In this document: piece by piece, positions 62,059 through 64,000 of the stretch
Layout of the letters: the number at the start of each line of letters is the position of its first letter
Numbering within the stretch: the first letter of the stretch is position 1
Source of the DNA: a bacterium
GTDB taxonomy: Bacteria > Bacillota > SLNR01 > JBMNPB01
Reading direction: 5' to 3'
Length of the DNA stretch: 64,000 bases
NCBI GenBank assembly: GCA_050943375.1
Contig: JBMNPB010000003.1
Span: 1,219 to 65,218, forward strand
Notes under the pieces: generated by a model
Told to the model about the DNA's origin: nothing
Seen by the model: only the letters and a program-made list of their open reading frames with translations
Database searches by the model: none
Made by a program: the position numbers and the translations under genes

Positions 62059-64000
62059 TTATTCCCGGACGGCGGCGAGGCAGCGGGGGCAAAGGTTCGG
62101 GTGCTCGGCATCCTTGCCGGTCTCCTCGCTGTAACTCCAACACCGCTCGCATTTCACGCCGGCAGCCGGCCGGATGAGAACTTTCAATTCCGGCAAGTCT
62201 TCACTGGTGGCAGCTTCGGCCGGGACAGTCTCTCCGGGTTCGTGCACATCGACCCGGGAGACGATGAAGATGGTTTTCAGCTCGGCAAGATAAGGCTGCA
62301 GGAATTCCGCCCAGGCGGCATCAGGATAGAGATCGACTTTCGCCGCCAGGGACTGGCCGATCACTTTTCCCTTCCGGGCCGCTTCCAGGCTTTTGGCTAC
62401 GGTTTCCCGCAGTTCAAGCAATTTTTCCCACCGGGCCGCGAGAGCCGCATCCTCATATTCCGTGCAGACGGTCGGCCACCCGGCCAATTGCACCGTCACC
62501 GGCTTGCCGGCCGGCGCCGGCAGATAGCGCCAGATTTCCTCAGCGGTGAACGTCAGGATGGGCGCCATCAGACGGACCAGATCGGTCAGGATGACCTGCA
62601 GCACCGTCTGCGCCGCCCGCCGCGACTGTCCGGCGGCGGCGGTGGTATACAGACGGTCCTTGAGAATATCGAGATAAAGAGCGCTCATGTCGATAGCGCA
62701 AAAATTGTGCAGAGCGTGGTAGACGAGATGGTAATCGTAATTCCGGTACGCCTCCGTCACCCGCCGCACCAATCTCGTCAGGCGGAGCAGCGCCCAGCGG
62801 TCGATTTCCGGCAGCGACCCGTAAGGCACGACGTCTTTGGCCGGGTCGAAGTCGGACAAGTTCCCGAGAATAAACCGGCACGTGTTTCTGATTTTCCGGT
62901 AAACTTCTGACATTTGCTTCAGGATATCGGGCGAAACGGAGATGTCAGCCTTGAAGTCGGACGAAGCGACCCAGAGACGCAGGACGTCGGCGCCGAATTC
63001 TTTAATGACTTCCTGGGGGTAGATAACATTACCCAGTGACTTGGACATCTTGCGCCCTTCTCCGTCCACGACGAAGCCGTGGGTCAGGACGGACCGGTAC
63101 GGAGCCGTGCCGCGCACCGCCACCGAAGTGAGCAACGACGACTGGAACCAGCCCCGGTGCTGATCGCTCCCTTCCAGATAAAGGTCAGCCGGCCACCGTA
63201 ATTCGTTCCGGGACTCCAGAACCGCCAGATGGCTGGAGCCGGAATCGAACCAGACATCCATGATATCCGTTTCTTTGCGGAAGTCAGTCGTGCCGCAGTC
63301 CGGGCAGCTCGTCCCCGGCGGCAGAATTTCCGCCGCTTCATGGCTGAACCAGGCGTCCGAGCCTTCCCGGGCGAACAAATCCCGGACGGCAGCGATGGAT
63401 TCGTCGGTAATCAGTTCCTTGCCACAAGCCCGGCAGTAGAAGACCGGAATCGGCACTCCCCAGACCCGCTGCCGGGAAATGCACCAATCGAGCCGGTCGG
63501 CGACCATGTTATGAATCCTCTCTTCGCCCCAGGCCGGAATCCATTTGACATCTTCAATCGCGGCCAGCGCTTCCCGCCGGAAACCATCCACCGAAGCGAA
63601 CCATTGCTCCGTCGCCCGGTAAATGACCGGCTGTTTGCAGCGCCAGCAATGGGGATATGAATGTTTGATTTCTTTCATTTGCACCAGAGCGCCCCGGTCT
63701 TTCAATTCATCGATAATCGCCTTATTCGCTTCGCCGCAGAACATTCCGGCAAATTTGCCGCCTTCGTCCGTAAAGCGGCCCCGGCTGTCGAGTGGCTGGA
63801 CGACGGGCAGATTATATTTCACACCGACTTCATAATCTTCGAGGCCGTGTCCCGGTGCCGTATGCACGCAACCAGTCCCTTGATCGAGGAGAACGTGGTC
63901 AGCCAGGATGAGAAGGGAGTTCCGATCGAGGAAAGGGTGACGGCACTCCATTTTTTCCAGATCACTGCCTTTGACGACTTTCCGAATGGAATAATCGCTG
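62059..64000 (-). CDS. ileS: isoleucine--tRNA ligase (5' end lies beyond the right window edge)
   Basis: The ORF is open to position 64000. KMSKSLGN class I signature, an editing/anticodon-binding region, and a C-terminal zinc motif CERCW..CPRC. Confidence 0.95.
   Translation of the reverse strand, partial: SDYSIRKVVKGSDLEKMECRHPFLDRNSLLILADHVLLDQGTGCVHTAPGHGLEDYEVGVKYNLPVVQPLDSRGRFTDEGGKFAGMFCGEANKAIIDELKDRGALVQMKEIKHSYPHCWRCKQPVIYRATEQWFASVDGFRREALAAIEDVKWIPAWGEERIHNMVADRLDWCISRQRVWGVPIPVFYCRACGKELITDESIAAVRDLFAREGSDAWFSHEAAEILPPGTSCPDCGTTDFRKETDIMDVWFDSGSSHLAVLESRNELRWPADLYLEGSDQHRGWFQSSLLTSVAVRGTAPYRSVLTHGFVVDGEGRKMSKSLGNVIYPQEVIKEFGADVLRLWVASSDFKADISVSPDILKQMSEVYRKIRNTCRFILGNLSDFDPAKDVVPYGSLPEIDRWALLRLTRLVRRVTEAYRNYDYHLVYHALHNFCAIDMSALYLDILKDRLYTTAAAGQSRRAAQTVLQVILTDLVRLMAPILTFTAEEIWRYLPAPAGKPVTVQLAGWPTVCTEYEDAALAARWEKLLELRETVAKSLEAARKGKVIGQSLAAKVDLYPDAAWAEFLQPYLAELKTIFIVSRVDVHEPGETVPAEAATSEDLPELKVLIRPAAGVKCERCWSYSEETGKDAEHPNLCPRCLAAVRE

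Overview
This is a 64-kb chromosomal segment from a high-GC, spore-forming Firmicute with Clostridia-like gene order. Nearly all genes lie on the minus strand. I saw no rRNA, tRNA or CRISPR array.

Core blocks (GC well above 55% by eye):
- fmt-def-priA-coaBC-rpoZ-gmk-remA-yicC (1-7.6 kb).
- A DapL-like aminotransferase, rqcH, a lipoprotein gene and purC (12.3-17.1 kb).
- sfsA and a PNPOx-family gene (43.3-44.8 kb).
- A complete pyr operon, pyrR-pyrB-pyrC-carB-pyrK-pyrD-pyrF-pyrE, with two PyrR attenuators but no carA (46-55.3 kb).
- rluD, lspA, a yteA-like gene, DUF5665, an Asp/Glu racemase and the 3' two thirds of ileS.

Lower-GC accessory DNA interrupts the core in three places:
- An 8.0-11.9 kb islet holds nested IS3/IS256 scars, two PNPOx-like genes, a Crp/Fnr regulator and a truncated phage terminase. 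A phased 11-nt repeat array sits next to it.
- A roughly 21-kb mosaic (17.45-38.8 kb) carries splB, a DTD2-like ORF, MarR-GNAT, an ECF sigma/anti-sigma pair, rubrerythrin and a GH18 enzyme. It also carries an AraC/GyrI regulator, an orphan GIY-YIG gene and a CofE-like/GNAT/HisRS-like cluster. Many pseudogenes are scattered through it: nucleoside hydrolase, Y-family polymerase, AraC, GrpB and IS256 copies.
- The right edge of that mosaic falls inside a 1386-aa SLH/GLUG surface-protein gene.
- A Cys-rich four-gene ArsR cassette with a duplicated operator lies at 58.1-60.7 kb.

I found no clear-cut new multi-gene system. The findings list the most unusual items. All domain calls come from reading the translations. 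None has been checked against a database.
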